A stretch of 64,000 bases of DNA, taken from NCBI GenBank assembly GCA_963723515.1, contig CAVRQT010000002.1:1-64000 (forward strand), given 5' to 3'. The position numbers and the translations under genes are program-made. This document shows positions 48,889-59,346 of this stretch, piece by piece. This DNA is from Vulcanimicrobiota bacterium. GTDB lineage: Bacteria > Vulcanimicrobiota > Vulcanimicrobiia > Vulcanimicrobiales > Vulcanimicrobiaceae. Each line of letters starts with the position of its first letter. Within the stretch, counting starts at the first letter, position 1. Below the pieces are notes generated by a model. It was not told the origin of the DNA and did no database searches. It saw only the letters and a list, made by a program, of their open reading frames with translations.

Positions 48889-49460
48889 TTCAGCTCAACG
48901 AGATCTTCTATAGCATTCAAGGTGAAGGGGCATTCACGGGAACGCCGGCTGTCTTCGTGCGCCTGGCCGGCTGCAATCTTTCATGCCGTTTTTGCGATAC
49001 GGACTACTCCCTCAAGCAGTTGGCCACGATTGCTGATATTGTCGATCGCGTGCGAAAGATTGGCAATGGTTGCGCCGTGGTGATTTTGACCGGCGGCGAG
49101 CCGCTCGCGCAAAGCGAATGCCTTGAACTGATCGAGGCGCTGCGCGTGTCGGGGTACCGCGTGCACATCGAATCAAACGGGACGATCGCGACACCGCTTG
49201 AGGATGATGTGTGGTTGACCATCTCCCCCAAGGAACGGCTTTCGGACGCCATGGCGCGACGCGCGAACGAAGCGAAACTCATCGTCGATAAGCGCGTGCC
49301 GCTCGAGTGGGTGCGGCACTTTCCCGCGAAGACGATGATCTTCTTGCAACCTGAAGGGAACAAACCGCAGAACGTCGCGCTCGCGTTGGAAGCGCTCAAA
49401 GAGGATCCGACGCGGCTACGACTCTCTCTGCAAACGCACAAGTTCATCGGCGTGAAATGA
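48885..49460 (+). CDS. queE: 7-carboxy-7-deazaguanine synthase (radical SAM)
   Basis: EIFYSIQGEG, CNLSCRFCDT, TGGEP, SPK, QTHK. Confidence 0.95.
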   Translation: MIQLNEIFYSIQGEGAFTGTPAVFVRLAGCNLSCRFCDTDYSLKQLATIADIVDRVRKIGNGCAVVILTGGEPLAQSECLELIEALRVSGYRVHIESNGTIATPLEDDVWLTISPKERLSDAMARRANEAKLIVDKRVPLEWVRHFPAKTMIFLQPEGNKPQNVALALEALKEDPTRLRLSLQTHKFIGVK

Positions 49461-50062
49461 TCTTGCTGACGTGCGCGGTTGGACGTGAACTTGCGTTCTT
49501 CACGCCGGTGCCGCACGTCGAGATGCTGGTGACGGGCGTCGGTCCGATCGAAGCTGGGATTTCGGTCGCACGTGCGCTGGCACAGAGTCCGTACTCGCTC
49601 GTCATCAATGCCGGACTGGGGGGCGCACTCGAGGGCTGTGCAGAGATTGGCGACGGTGTCGTCGTCTTCGAGGATCGCATGGAGATCGGGCTTGAGGATG
49701 GCAAACCGTTCGCTTTGCCGGACGGCGCCCGCGTGATTGATGCCGCTTCATCGGATCTTTCGCTCGTCGAGCGGCTCGTCGAACTCGGCTACGCGACCAA
49801 GCGCGGCATCACCGTCTCGCGCGTTACAACGACCGAGCAAACAGCGAAGCGTTTGGCGGCATCCCACGCTGAAGTCGAATCCATGGAGGGCTTCGCGGTG
49901 TTGCGCGCCGCGGAAATGGCCGGCGTAGCGGCAATCGAACTGCGCGGCATCTCGAACATCGTGAGAGATCGTGCGCGCAGCGGGTGGAACTTTGAGAAGG
50001 GGCGCGACGGTCTCGAAAAGATTCTCAACGAACTTCTCGCAATCGTTCCGGCGGAGCCGTAA
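49457..50062 (+). CDS. mqnB: Futalosine hydrolase
   Basis: PNP/MTAN fold: TGVGP, NAGLGG, ESMEG, RGISN...R..W; adjacent to mqnD. Confidence 0.82.
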   Translation: MILLTCAVGRELAFFTPVPHVEMLVTGVGPIEAGISVARALAQSPYSLVINAGLGGALEGCAEIGDGVVVFEDRMEIGLEDGKPFALPDGARVIDAASSDLSLVERLVELGYATKRGITVSRVTTTEQTAKRLAASHAEVESMEGFAVLRAAEMAGVAAIELRGISNIVRDRARSGWNFEKGRDGLEKILNELLAIVPAEP

Positions 50063-50893
50063 ATGGAGCGACCGCTCTCTTTAGCCTATTCCCCGTGCCC
50101 AAACGATACGTATATCTTTGCGGCCCTCGCTAATGGTTGGCTTCCAGATGCCCCGCACGTGGACGTGACCTTAGACGATGTTGAAACGCTCAATCAGGCG
50201 GCGCTCGATGGCGTCTACGACATCACCAAAGTCAGCTATGCCGTCCTTCCCGAGATCGGCCCGAGTTACAAATTGCTTCGCAGCGGCGGCGCATTGGGCT
50301 ACAACTGCGGGCCGCTTTTCGTCGCCAGAGCGGAACACCGCCATAGACTGGAGGATTTCCGCGAGGCAACAATTGCGATTCCAGGAAAGAGAACAACGGC
50401 GTTCTTGCTCTTGAGAATGGCGCTTCAGCCGGCAGGCCCGATGAAGGAGCTGCGGTTCGATCGCGTTGCGGCCGCCGTGCGCGGCGGTCAGGCGGATGCC
50501 GGTCTGATCATTCATGAAGCGCGGTTCACCTTTGGAGATGCTGGATTGGTTGAGATAGCGGACCTCGGCGAGTGGTGGTTTGCGCAGACGGCGCTCCCTT
50601 TGCCGCTCGGAGCGATTGTTGCGCGCCGCGGTTTGCCGAACGATGCGCTCGGCCGCATTGAGAGGGCAATCCGCGCCAGCCTCACATTCGCGCGCCGACA
50701 TGAAGATCAAGTGCTCGACTACGTACGGCGCAGCACGAGTGAAAGCGACGTCGTTATTCGCAAGCACATCGCGCTGTACGTCAACACGTTCAGCGAGGAT
50801 CTGGGAGCCGAGGGCGAAGCCGCCGTGCGTGAACTGCTTTCGCGCGCCGCCGGCATTCAACCGATCGAATCAAAAGCCGCACCTTTTGCCTAA
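50063..50893 (+). CDS. mqnD: 1,4-dihydroxy-6-naphthoate synthase
   Basis: SPCPNDT, DVETLN, GGALG..CGP, IIHEARF, PLPLG, HIALYVN. Confidence 0.92.
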   Translation: MERPLSLAYSPCPNDTYIFAALANGWLPDAPHVDVTLDDVETLNQAALDGVYDITKVSYAVLPEIGPSYKLLRSGGALGYNCGPLFVARAEHRHRLEDFREATIAIPGKRTTAFLLLRMALQPAGPMKELRFDRVAAAVRGGQADAGLIIHEARFTFGDAGLVEIADLGEWWFAQTALPLPLGAIVARRGLPNDALGRIERAIRASLTFARRHEDQVLDYVRRSTSESDVVIRKHIALYVNTFSEDLGAEGEAAVRELLSRAAGIQPIESKAAPFA

Positions 50894-52106
50894 ACTCGTC
50901 GCGTCGGCGGCGCTGGCGGTCCTGATGATGCTTCCGTCGGCGCTGCAATCAACTTCGCTACCGCCGGCACGCGTGACCTTAGGCGATGAGGTCTTTTTGC
51001 AAGATGCGTGGCGCGAGCTCAACGGACGGTGCGTCGGCGTGATCACGAATCAAACAGGCGTAACATCGCATCTTGAGTCGATCGTCGATGCGATCAAACG
51101 CAACGCGCATATTTGCATCAAAGCGGTCTATGCGCCGGAGCACGGCTTACGCGGCGATCGTACGGCCGGAGCGTACGTCCCATCGTACACCGACGGCCAC
51201 ACCGGCTTACCGGTCTACAGTTTGTACGGGGCGACGCGGCGCCCGAGCGCCGCCATGCTAACGGGCATCGATGTGTTGCTCTTCGACATTCAAGATGTTG
51301 GCAGCCGCACGTACACGTACATTTCGACGATGGCGTACGCGATGCAAGCGGCGCGCGAGTTTCACAAAGAGATATGGATCCTCGATCGGCCGAACCCGAT
51401 CGGCGGCATGGTTGAAGGGCCGGTCCTCGACCCGCATTTCGCGTCGTTCATCGGGCTGTACTCCATTGCCATGCGGCATGGAATGACGGTTGGTGAACTG
51501 GCGCGGCTCTTCAACGAGCACTTCGGCATCGGCGCAAAGCTCCGCGTCGTTGCGATGCGCGGCTACCGGCATTCGATGCTGTGGCCCGCAACGGGGCTGC
51601 AGTGGGTGCAAACTTCACCGAACATTCCGGAGTGGGATACCGCCGTCGTCTATCCGGCGACAGGTCTGATCGACAGTGCCGGCTTGAACAACGGCACGGG
51701 ATACACTAAGCCGTTCAAATACGCCGGCGCATTAGGCGTTGATGCCGAGCGCCTCGCGCAAGGTCTCAACGCGCGCAATATTCCCGGCGTTTACTTTCGG
51801 CCGGCATACTGGACGCCGTCATCCGGATTTTGGAAAGATAAGGAGCTTTCGGGGGTCGAGCTGGTCGTTTTCGATCCGCATGTCTTCCCGGCGGTGCGAA
51901 CGGCGGTCGAGATTCTTGCTGCCGCGCGCAACCTCGCGCCCCAGCTACTGAAGATGGATAGCGCGGCTCTCGATCGCGATTGGGGGACGGATCAACTTCG
52001 GCTGCGCCTGCAATCGGGTGCTCCGCCGAGCGCGATCGTCAACGGTTGGGCCGCAAGCAGGCAGTCCTTCGAGACGCTGCGCAAACACTATCTGCTCTAT
52101 CCATGA
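50886..52106 (+). CDS. namZ: Exo-beta-N-acetylmuramidase NamZ/YbbC (DUF1343)
   Basis: NQTG, PEHG, FDIQDVG.R.YTY, LDRPNP, RHGMTVGE, SPNIP. Confidence 0.88.
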   Translation: MPKLVASAALAVLMMLPSALQSTSLPPARVTLGDEVFLQDAWRELNGRCVGVITNQTGVTSHLESIVDAIKRNAHICIKAVYAPEHGLRGDRTAGAYVPSYTDGHTGLPVYSLYGATRRPSAAMLTGIDVLLFDIQDVGSRTYTYISTMAYAMQAAREFHKEIWILDRPNPIGGMVEGPVLDPHFASFIGLYSIAMRHGMTVGELARLFNEHFGIGAKLRVVAMRGYRHSMLWPATGLQWVQTSPNIPEWDTAVVYPATGLIDSAGLNNGTGYTKPFKYAGALGVDAERLAQGLNARNIPGVYFRPAYWTPSSGFWKDKELSGVELVVFDPHVFPAVRTAVEILAAARNLAPQLLKMDSAALDRDWGTDQLRLRLQSGAPPSAIVNGWAASRQSFETLRKHYLLYP

Positions 52107-53518
52107 AGTTACAAGAACAGTTGATCGAGGCGCTCGGAGGCGAGGCCGTCAAAACGCAGCCGGAAGACCTCGCGGTTTATGCCTTCGATGCCTACTCCCA
52201 GGCACGACCGCCGAACGCGGTTGTCCTGCCCTCGAGCACGCAAGACGTTGTGGCCGCGGTAAAGATCGCAAACGCCTGCGGCGAGCCGATCGTCCCGCGC
52301 GGAGCCGGCACCGGACTCTGCGGCGGCGCCGTTCCGGCTAAGGGCGGTGTCGTCATTTCGTTTGCGCGCATGAATCGTTTGCTGAACCTAGACATTCGAA
52401 ACAAGCGTGCGCGCGTGCAGCCGGGTCTGGTCAATCTCGAGCTCTCGCAACAGGTTCGGGCAAGCGGCCTCTTCTACGCACCGGATCCATCATCGCAGAA
52501 GGTCTCAACGATCGGCGGCAATTGCGCGACGAATGCGGGTGGTCCGCACTGTCTATCCTACGGGACGACCGTCAACCACGTTCTCGGTTTGGAGATCGTC
52601 GATGAGCAAGGCGAACTCTTCACGACGTCCGTGGACGATGTCGGCTATGACCTAACGGGAACGCTTGTCGGCAGCGAAGGAACCCTTGGCATCATTTGTT
52701 CGATCGACGTTCGCTTGATGAGGCTGCCGGAATCGGTGCGCGTTTGGCTCGCCGCGTTTAGCGATGTTGAAGCGGCCTCGGAGACCGTCTCGGCGATTAT
52801 CGCGGCTGGAATCGTGCCGACGGCACTCGAGATCATGGACGATGTGATCGTCGCCGCCGTTGAGGCCGCGTACAACGCCGGGTATCCGACCGATGCGGGC
52901 GCCGTCTTGTTGATCGAGCACGCCGGATTTTCGGATGACATGGACGAGCGCCAAGAGGCGATTCGGCGGATCGCGCACGATCACGGCGCGCTGTCATGGC
53001 GCGCCGCGAAGACACAGCGCGAATGCGATGCGCTCTGGGCCGGCAGAAAGGGCGCCGCCGGTGCAACGGGACGCTATGCGCCCAACTATTACATTCAAGA
53101 CGTCTGCGTGCCGCGCTCAAAACTTCCAACCGCGTTGCATTCGGTCGCGCAATCGGCGCAGCGGCATCGCATCAAAGTCGGCAACGTCTTTCATGCGGGC
53201 GACGGCAACCTTCATCCGCTCTTGATGTACGACAAGCGCGATCCCGACCAGGTCGCGGCGGTCATCGGCGCCGGCAACGAAATCTTGCAAGCATGCATCG
53301 ATCTCGGGGGAACGATCAGCGGCGAACACGGCATCGGCTACGAGAAGCGTGACACGCTTCCGCTCGTCTTCTCAGCCGACGATCTGGCGACCATGGCGAA
53401 AGTGCGCGAGGTTTTCGATCCACGACGCGTCCTAAATCCGGAAAAGATCTTTCCGGCCGGAGTTGGATGCGCCGAAGTTAGGCCTCCCGATACGGCGTAT
53501 GTTATCGCAAGTCGCTAA
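52103..53518 (+). CDS. glcD: Glycolate oxidase subunit GlcD-like FAD-linked oxidase
   Basis: PRGAGTG, PDPSS, GSEGTLG, HAGDGNLHP, GEHGIG. Confidence 0.88.
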   Translation: MKLQEQLIEALGGEAVKTQPEDLAVYAFDAYSQARPPNAVVLPSSTQDVVAAVKIANACGEPIVPRGAGTGLCGGAVPAKGGVVISFARMNRLLNLDIRNKRARVQPGLVNLELSQQVRASGLFYAPDPSSQKVSTIGGNCATNAGGPHCLSYGTTVNHVLGLEIVDEQGELFTTSVDDVGYDLTGTLVGSEGTLGIICSIDVRLMRLPESVRVWLAAFSDVEAASETVSAIIAAGIVPTALEIMDDVIVAAVEAAYNAGYPTDAGAVLLIEHAGFSDDMDERQEAIRRIAHDHGALSWRAAKTQRECDALWAGRKGAAGATGRYAPNYYIQDVCVPRSKLPTALHSVAQSAQRHRIKVGNVFHAGDGNLHPLLMYDKRDPDQVAAVIGAGNEILQACIDLGGTISGEHGIGYEKRDTLPLVFSADDLATMAKVREVFDPRRVLNPEKIFPAGVGCAEVRPPDTAYVIASR

Positions 53519-54740
53519 CGCGGCCACGGCGGATCGGAAAGCTCCGAAAACCGTTGAAAAATTGCAAGAAGCGATCCGAGAAGCGCATTCGCGCCACGAA
53601 GCTCTGGCGATCGAAGGCGGCAACACGCTGAGCGGCATGGGAATGCAGCCGTCGCAGTCATGTGCCGTGCTTTGCACGACTGGGCTGCGCAAGATTCACG
53701 CCTATTCGTTTGGAGATCTCACGATCAGCGTCGGCGCTGGCCTGACGTTGCGGGCTCTGCGCGCTGCACTCGCCGAACACGCGCAATTCGTTCCCCTTGA
53801 TGCCCCATGCCCGCAACGGGCAACGGTGGGCGGTACGCTCGCCGCCGGCTGGTTAGGGCCTCGCCGTCACCTGTACGGGCGGCCGCGCGACTATGTGATC
53901 GGAACGCAGATCATCCTTGCCGATGGAACGCTCGCCAATGCGGGCGGTATGGTGGTCAAAAACGTCACCGGCTACGACATGAGCAAACTGTACATCGGCT
54001 CCTTCGGGACGCTCGGCGTCTTAACGAGCGTGAACTTTAAAACGCTGCCGGCGCCACAATGCGCCCGCGTCTTCATTGCGCGGCTTCCCGAAGAGTCTCG
54101 CTTGCGCGCGATCGAAGCCATCGTGCAACTCGATGTCACGCCCGCCGCCGCCTTTTGGGTCCATGGTTTCCGTAAAGCGATCGACGGCGAAGATGGGGCG
54201 GATGGCCGCATCTTTTTGCTGCATGAAGGCTCAGCCTCGCTGATCGAACGCGCTAGCCGCGACGTCCGCACGGCGCTCGGACGAGCGGGTGTGCCGGAGA
54301 CGCAGATCATCGACACGGGCTCCTCTGGAGCATTCGATCGCGTCCTCGACGCATGCATTGCGAGTGTCGGTCAGCGTTCTGTCACGTACCGCATCAACGG
54401 CAATCTCGACGATGCGGAATCGCGCTTGCGCGAGACGTACGTTGCCGCGCACAAGAGCGGCCTGGCCGCGGAATCGCTGCTGGATTTGATGAACGGTGAT
54501 CTTTTTACCCGCATCAGCGGAAAAGACGCGCACGCATTTTCGGAGCGGATCGAGGCGCTCGACGACGCGTTGCACGCGCGGCTTTCCAAGGTGATCGTCG
54601 TCGCAAGCGATTCTCCGATTCGCAGCGTTTTGAACGTCTGGGGTCAGACGCCGACCTCACTCGATCGGATGCGCGCCGTCAAGGCCGCTTTCGATCCGAA
54701 CGGCACGCTCAACCCCGGGCGTTTTATGGCCGGCCTTTAA
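53499..54740 (+). CDS. glcE: Glycolate oxidase FAD-binding subunit GlcE-like
   Basis: GGMVVKNVTGYDMSKL, GSFGTLG, FDPNGTLNPGR. Confidence 0.85.
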   Translation: MLSQVANAATADRKAPKTVEKLQEAIREAHSRHEALAIEGGNTLSGMGMQPSQSCAVLCTTGLRKIHAYSFGDLTISVGAGLTLRALRAALAEHAQFVPLDAPCPQRATVGGTLAAGWLGPRRHLYGRPRDYVIGTQIILADGTLANAGGMVVKNVTGYDMSKLYIGSFGTLGVLTSVNFKTLPAPQCARVFIARLPEESRLRAIEAIVQLDVTPAAAFWVHGFRKAIDGEDGADGRIFLLHEGSASLIERASRDVRTALGRAGVPETQIIDTGSSGAFDRVLDACIASVGQRSVTYRINGNLDDAESRLRETYVAAHKSGLAAESLLDLMNGDLFTRISGKDAHAFSERIEALDDALHARLSKVIVVASDSPIRSVLNVWGQTPTSLDRMRAVKAAFDPNGTLNPGRFMAGL

Positions 54741-54820
54741 CGCTTCGAGCAGCGACCGCGAGGGGTGCCGAATCGCTTTGGCGCCTGTACGAAGGCTCCA
54801 AAACAAGCCTCCCGGAAGAC

Positions 54821-56143
54821 GTGAACATGCAGCCTTATTCTGGACGCCGCAGTTGCTTCGCAGAGGCGACTCCCGATGCAATCGCCGTCATTCCGAGCGC
54901 TTCGATACGCCTTCGCAATAACGATACGGAGTTTGAGTTCCGCCAGAATTCAGATTTTCATTATTTAACCGGCTTTCCGGAACCCGATTCCGTTTTAGTT
55001 ATTCGGCCGAAAGGCGTCGAGGAGCGCTTCGTCCTCTTCGTGCGCCCCCGCGATCGCACCAAAGAAATTTGGAATGGGAAGCGTTTCGGACCCGAAGGCG
55101 CGCGCGCAGACTTCGGAATTGACGCGGCCTACGATATCTCGGAACTTGATACCAAACTGCCGGAGTTCATGGTTGGCGCGCGCACGCTTTACTACCGGTT
55201 CGGTGAAGACGAACGGATGGACCGTCGCGTGCAAGAGGCGCTCACAGCTGCGCGCGAGCGCGTCAGGCGCGGCGGCAACGCACCGCGCACGATTGAGGAG
55301 CCCGGGACGATCGTGCACGAGATGCGCCTGCTGAAGACGTCAGCGGAAATCGATAAAATGCGCCGCGCATGCGAGATTACGCGCGAAGGACACGTTGCGG
55401 GAATGCGCGCGACGCGCCCCGGGATGTACGAATACGAAATCGAGGCGACCATCGAGCATGCCTATCGTGCTCGTGGCGCGCAGTATGCGTATCCCTCAAT
55501 AGTTGCCGGCGGCGACAACGCGACGATCCTGCATTACCACGAGAACGCCGAGAAATTACAAGCCGGCGATTTGCTTCTGGTCGACAGCGGCTGCGAATTC
55601 GATCTCTACGCATCCGATGTTACGCGCACGTGGCCGGTCAGCGGCCGATTCAGCGCCGAGCAGCGCGCCATTTACGAGATCGTCTTAGAGGCGCAAAAAG
55701 CCGCCATCGATCAAGTCCGTCCCGGTAAACAATTCGTTGCCTACCATGAAGCGGCGGTCAACGTGATCGTCGATGGATTGATCGAGCTCGGGCTGTTGAA
55801 AGGGACGCGCGACGAAAATTTGGAGCAGCAACGCTACCAAGACTACTACATGCACCGCACCGGCCATTGGCTCGGACTCGATGTGCACGATGTCGGCCGC
55901 TATCTCGAGATCGATGGTTCAACCTCGCGGAAGCTTGAGGCGGGCATGGTCCTCACGGTCGAGCCGGGCATCTACGTGCATCGTGATCTCAATTGCGACG
56001 AGCGCTTCAAAGGCATCGGCGTGCGAATCGAAGACGACGTCCTTTGCACGCCGAGCGGGCCGGACATCTTGAGCGCCGACATTCCGAAGGAAGTCGACGA
56101 ACTCGAATCGATCGTCGGAGCCGACGCCTTAGCGCACGTGTAG
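54821..56143 (+). CDS. pepP: Xaa-Pro aminopeptidase
   Basis: FRQNSDFHYLTG, ILHY, DVTRT, GHWLGLDVHD, TVEPG, GVRIEDD. Confidence 0.95.
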   Translation: MNMQPYSGRRSCFAEATPDAIAVIPSASIRLRNNDTEFEFRQNSDFHYLTGFPEPDSVLVIRPKGVEERFVLFVRPRDRTKEIWNGKRFGPEGARADFGIDAAYDISELDTKLPEFMVGARTLYYRFGEDERMDRRVQEALTAARERVRRGGNAPRTIEEPGTIVHEMRLLKTSAEIDKMRRACEITREGHVAGMRATRPGMYEYEIEATIEHAYRARGAQYAYPSIVAGGDNATILHYHENAEKLQAGDLLLVDSGCEFDLYASDVTRTWPVSGRFSAEQRAIYEIVLEAQKAAIDQVRPGKQFVAYHEAAVNVIVDGLIELGLLKGTRDENLEQQRYQDYYMHRTGHWLGLDVHDVGRYLEIDGSTSRKLEAGMVLTVEPGIYVHRDLNCDERFKGIGVRIEDDVLCTPSGPDILSADIPKEVDELESIVGADALAHV

Positions 56144-56147
56144 CAAG

Positions 56148-56993
56148 ACGCGCGTCGGAATACTGGGCGGCAGCGGCTTCATCGGCAAGCATCTGACCGC
56201 CGCTCTCGCTGCACGGAACGATGAACCGCGCACGCACAGCCTTCGTGATCCCGCCGCAGCTGCGCAAGCGCTAGCAGACTGCGAGGTCATCATCAATTTA
56301 GCCGGCGAACCGGTCGCGCAACGTTGGACCGGCGACGTGAAGCGCAAGATTGCGGAAAGCCGCACGCTCACACCCCGTTCGTTCCTCGATGCGCTGCGCG
56401 CGTTGGGATCAACGCGTCCGCAGCGCTACATTTCGGCATCCGCAATCGGCTACTACGGAACGAGCGAAACTGCAACGTTTACCGAGCAGAGCCTTCCGGG
56501 CGATGATTTCTTGGCCCGCGTCTGCGTCGATTGGGAACGCGAAGCGCAGGGCGCCGAGCAACTCGGAATGCGCGTCGCCTGCATTCGGACCGGCTTCGCG
56601 CTCGGCAGCGACGGCGGAGCGCTGGCGAAAATTCTGCCGGTATTTAAAGCCGGGGCAGGCGGTCGGGTCGCAAGCGGCCGGCAGTGGTGCTCCTGGGTTC
56701 ATATCGATGACGTTGTGGGTCTCTACCTTTTGGCGATCGATGGCGGCGACGGCGTTTGGAATGCCGTCGCCCCAAATCCGGTGCGCAACTCGGAATTAAC
56801 GAGTGTCCTTGGTAAGGTGCTGCACCGGCCGACGATTTTTCCCGTGCCGAACATCGCGCTCAAAGCGGTGCTCGGGGAAGGCGCATACATTGCAACGCAA
56901 GGCCAGCGCGTTGAGCCGAAACGTGCGCTGGCCTGCGGCTACGAGTTCAAGTTTACGGCCTTAGCGTCCGCACTTCGTGACCTCGCTCTCTAG
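56148..56993 (+). CDS. TIGR01777 family epimerase/oxidoreductase (YfcH-like); apparent ACG start
   Basis: ACG-RVGILGGSGFIG, INLAGEP, SASAIGYYG, WERE; in-frame stop at 56130 precludes an upstream start. Confidence 0.85.
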   Translation, partial: TRVGILGGSGFIGKHLTAALAARNDEPRTHSLRDPAAAAQALADCEVIINLAGEPVAQRWTGDVKRKIAESRTLTPRSFLDALRALGSTRPQRYISASAIGYYGTSETATFTEQSLPGDDFLARVCVDWEREAQGAEQLGMRVACIRTGFALGSDGGALAKILPVFKAGAGGRVASGRQWCSWVHIDDVVGLYLLAIDGGDGVWNAVAPNPVRNSELTSVLGKVLHRPTIFPVPNIALKAVLGEGAYIATQGQRVEPKRALACGYEFKFTALASALRDLAL

Positions 56994-56997
56994 GAGT

Positions 56998-57609
56998 TCA
57001 CGGACCTGGCGTGGCGGGTTGCGGGTTGTTCAGGGCCGGTGCCGCCGGCGAGGGCAGCGTCATCGGACGTCCGGCGAGATAATCTTGCGCCATCTGCAGG
57101 TGTGCTTGCAGAAGCGGAAGCGTGCTGCCGACGAACACTTTGATGTCCTTGTCGACCCCGTCCTTGGCCTCGTTTTGAAACAACGCGATTGCGTTTTGGT
57201 GGTCCGTGACTTCTTTTTGCATGTAGGCCCTAGCATCGAGGACCGGCGTGTTCGTGCTCCCCGGTTGATCGGGCGAAGTGTTCATGTCCGTATTGCCCTG
57301 CGAAGTGACGTTCAGATTGCTCTTGGGATACGGGATGCCTTTTTGCTCGGCCAGCTGTCCGAGGTGCGTATTCGCAGCCACATGATCGGTGATCATCTGA
57401 CGCGCGAAAAGGACGATCTGCGGATCGCGACTCGATAGCTCCGCCCGCGCTTGCGCGATCTCTTGATCGCCCGCGGTGATGGCGTTGCTCACGAAATCAC
57501 GATCGTACTGATTGTGTTCGGCGGCGTTCGGTTGGGCTCGCAGTGCACCGGCAGTTGCGACTGCGGCGACCACGATGCCCAGCGCGAACGCTCTCATCTT
57601 CTTGTGCAT
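56998..57609 (-). CDS. DUF4142 domain secreted protein
   Basis: DRDFV, FARQMITDH, YMQKEVTDH, LPLLQAHL. Confidence 0.85.
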   Translation of the reverse strand: MHKKMRAFALGIVVAAVATAGALRAQPNAAEHNQYDRDFVSNAITAGDQEIAQARAELSSRDPQIVLFARQMITDHVAANTHLGQLAEQKGIPYPKSNLNVTSQGNTDMNTSPDQPGSTNTPVLDARAYMQKEVTDHQNAIALFQNEAKDGVDKDIKVFVGSTLPLLQAHLQMAQDYLAGRPMTLPSPAAPALNNPQPATPGP

Positions 57610-57633
57610 CGGGCTTCCTTCCATACAATTGCG

Positions 57634-58254
57634 TTAGAGCGGCCTCGGCGACGGCGTCGCGCCTTGCGGATTATTTTCGGATGGGGCTGCCAGTGGCGGC
57701 ATCACGATCCTGCGGCCGGCCAGATAATCCTGCGCCATCTTTAGATGGCCTTGCAACAGCGGAATCGTGTTGCCGACGAAGACCTCGATATCACGATCCG
57801 TGCCGTTTCTCGCCTCGGTCTTGAAGAGGGCAATGGCGGCTTGGTGGTCGCTCACTTCTTTTTGCATATAAGCGCGAGGGCTTAACGCTCGCGCCATCGG
57901 CTGCGTCGTGCGCGTCGCGGTGTTCGGTTTAACGTTTCCCGGCTCGGATGTCACATTGACGTTGACGTGGGGATACGGGATGCCTTTTTGCTCGGCGAGT
58001 TGAGCGAGATGCGTGTTCGCCGCGACATGGTCCAAAATCATCCGGCGCGCAAAGGCGCGGATGGTTGCGTCATGACTCGATAATTGTGCGCGCGCCTGCG
58101 CGATTTCGGCGTCCCCTGCGACCATGGCTTTCATCACAAAATCACGATCAGCTGATGTATGTTCGGCGGCACCCGTCGCGGCATAGCCGACGCGGGCCAA
58201 TGCCGTCAGAAGTATCGCGATGCCGATCGCACGGAGAGCGGTCTTAATTTGCAT
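57634..58254 (-). CDS. DUF4142 domain secreted protein (tandem paralog)
   Basis: DRDFV, FARRMILDH, YMQKEVSDH, IPLLQGHL. Confidence 0.85.
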   Translation of the reverse strand: MQIKTALRAIGIAILLTALARVGYAATGAAEHTSADRDFVMKAMVAGDAEIAQARAQLSSHDATIRAFARRMILDHVAANTHLAQLAEQKGIPYPHVNVNVTSEPGNVKPNTATRTTQPMARALSPRAYMQKEVSDHQAAIALFKTEARNGTDRDIEVFVGNTIPLLQGHLKMAQDYLAGRRIVMPPLAAPSENNPQGATPSPRPL

Positions 58255-58317
58255 TTCCATTCCTCCGAAGCGTTTACTGCTCGTCCTATGCCCACCCAAG
58301 GGGACGCTTTAACCGCG

Positions 58318-59253
58318 CTACGGAGAAACGGGAACGGAAAACTCGAGCGCCTCAAGATAGCGCTCAGCGTCCATTGCTGCACGACATCCCAAACCAGCGG
58401 CCGTCACGGCTTGCTTGTAGCGGATGTCGTACACGTCGCCCGCCACAAAGACGCCTTCGATATTCGTGGAGGTCCCATCGGGCGAATCGATGTAGCCGCC
58501 ACGGTCGAGCTCGAGCTGGCCCTTGAACAGCTGCGTATTCGGATCGTGCCCTATCGCGATGAAGAGTGCATCGGCGGCAAACGTGCGATGTGTCTCTTCC
58601 TTGAGATCGTACAGCTTCAGCCCCGTAACGTGCGTCGTTCCGAGCACTTCTTCAACGACGCTGTTCCAAATGAAGTCGATCGTATCGTGCGAGAGCGCGC
58701 GATCCGCCATGATCTTGCTGGCGCGCAGCGTATCGCGACGGTGAACGATAGTGACGCGTTTTCCAAACCGGGTTAGGAAGAGCGCTTCTTCCATCGCCGA
58801 GTCGCCGCCGCCCACGACGACAATGTGCTTGCCTTTGAAGAACGCGCCGTCGCACGTTGCGCATGTTGAGACGCCGTGGCCTCGAAGCAGCTCTTCGCCG
58901 GGTATGTTAAGCCATCGAGCGCTGGCGCCGCTGGCGACAATGACGCTCTTCGCGAAATATTCCTGATCTGGCGTTCGAACGCTGAAGGGACGGCGGGAAA
59001 AATCAACGCTCGTTGCATCGACGTTTTCGATGCGCGCGCCGAAACGTTCAGCCTGTTCCCGAAACGCGATCATCAGGTCCGGGCCGAGGATTCCCTGCGG
59101 GAAACCAGGGTAGTTCTCGACCTCGGTCGTGAGCATCAGCTGCCCACCGTACATCCCACCGGCAACGACGAGCGGATTCAGATTTGCTCGGGCAGCGTAA
59201 ATTGCCGCGGTCAAACCCGCGGGGCCCGAGCCGATGATGATCACGCTCTCCAT
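58318..59253 (-). CDS. trxB: Thioredoxin-disulfide reductase
   Basis: GSGPAG, GGQL, ENYPGF, CATCDG, GGGDSAMEEA, AGDV. Confidence 0.97.
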   Translation of the reverse strand: MESVIIIGSGPAGLTAAIYAARANLNPLVVAGGMYGGQLMLTTEVENYPGFPQGILGPDLMIAFREQAERFGARIENVDATSVDFSRRPFSVRTPDQEYFAKSVIVASGASARWLNIPGEELLRGHGVSTCATCDGAFFKGKHIVVVGGGDSAMEEALFLTRFGKRVTIVHRRDTLRASKIMADRALSHDTIDFIWNSVVEEVLGTTHVTGLKLYDLKEETHRTFAADALFIAIGHDPNTQLFKGQLELDRGGYIDSPDGTSTNIEGVFVAGDVYDIRYKQAVTAAGLGCRAAMDAERYLEALEFSVPVSP

Positions 59254-59346
59254 TGCGCGTCCTTCGACCGTGGAATTGACCGCTCCGGTTGCGTTGCGAG
59301 GCCATCGCAATGTCTCGTCCTGAGCCTTCTCGAAGGACGAGGCCGC

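Noticed and set aside
48523..49460. queD/queE as a 7-deazaguanine DNA-modification (dpd) system
   Set aside because: No dpdA/tgt-like or restriction genes nearby; context is housekeeping
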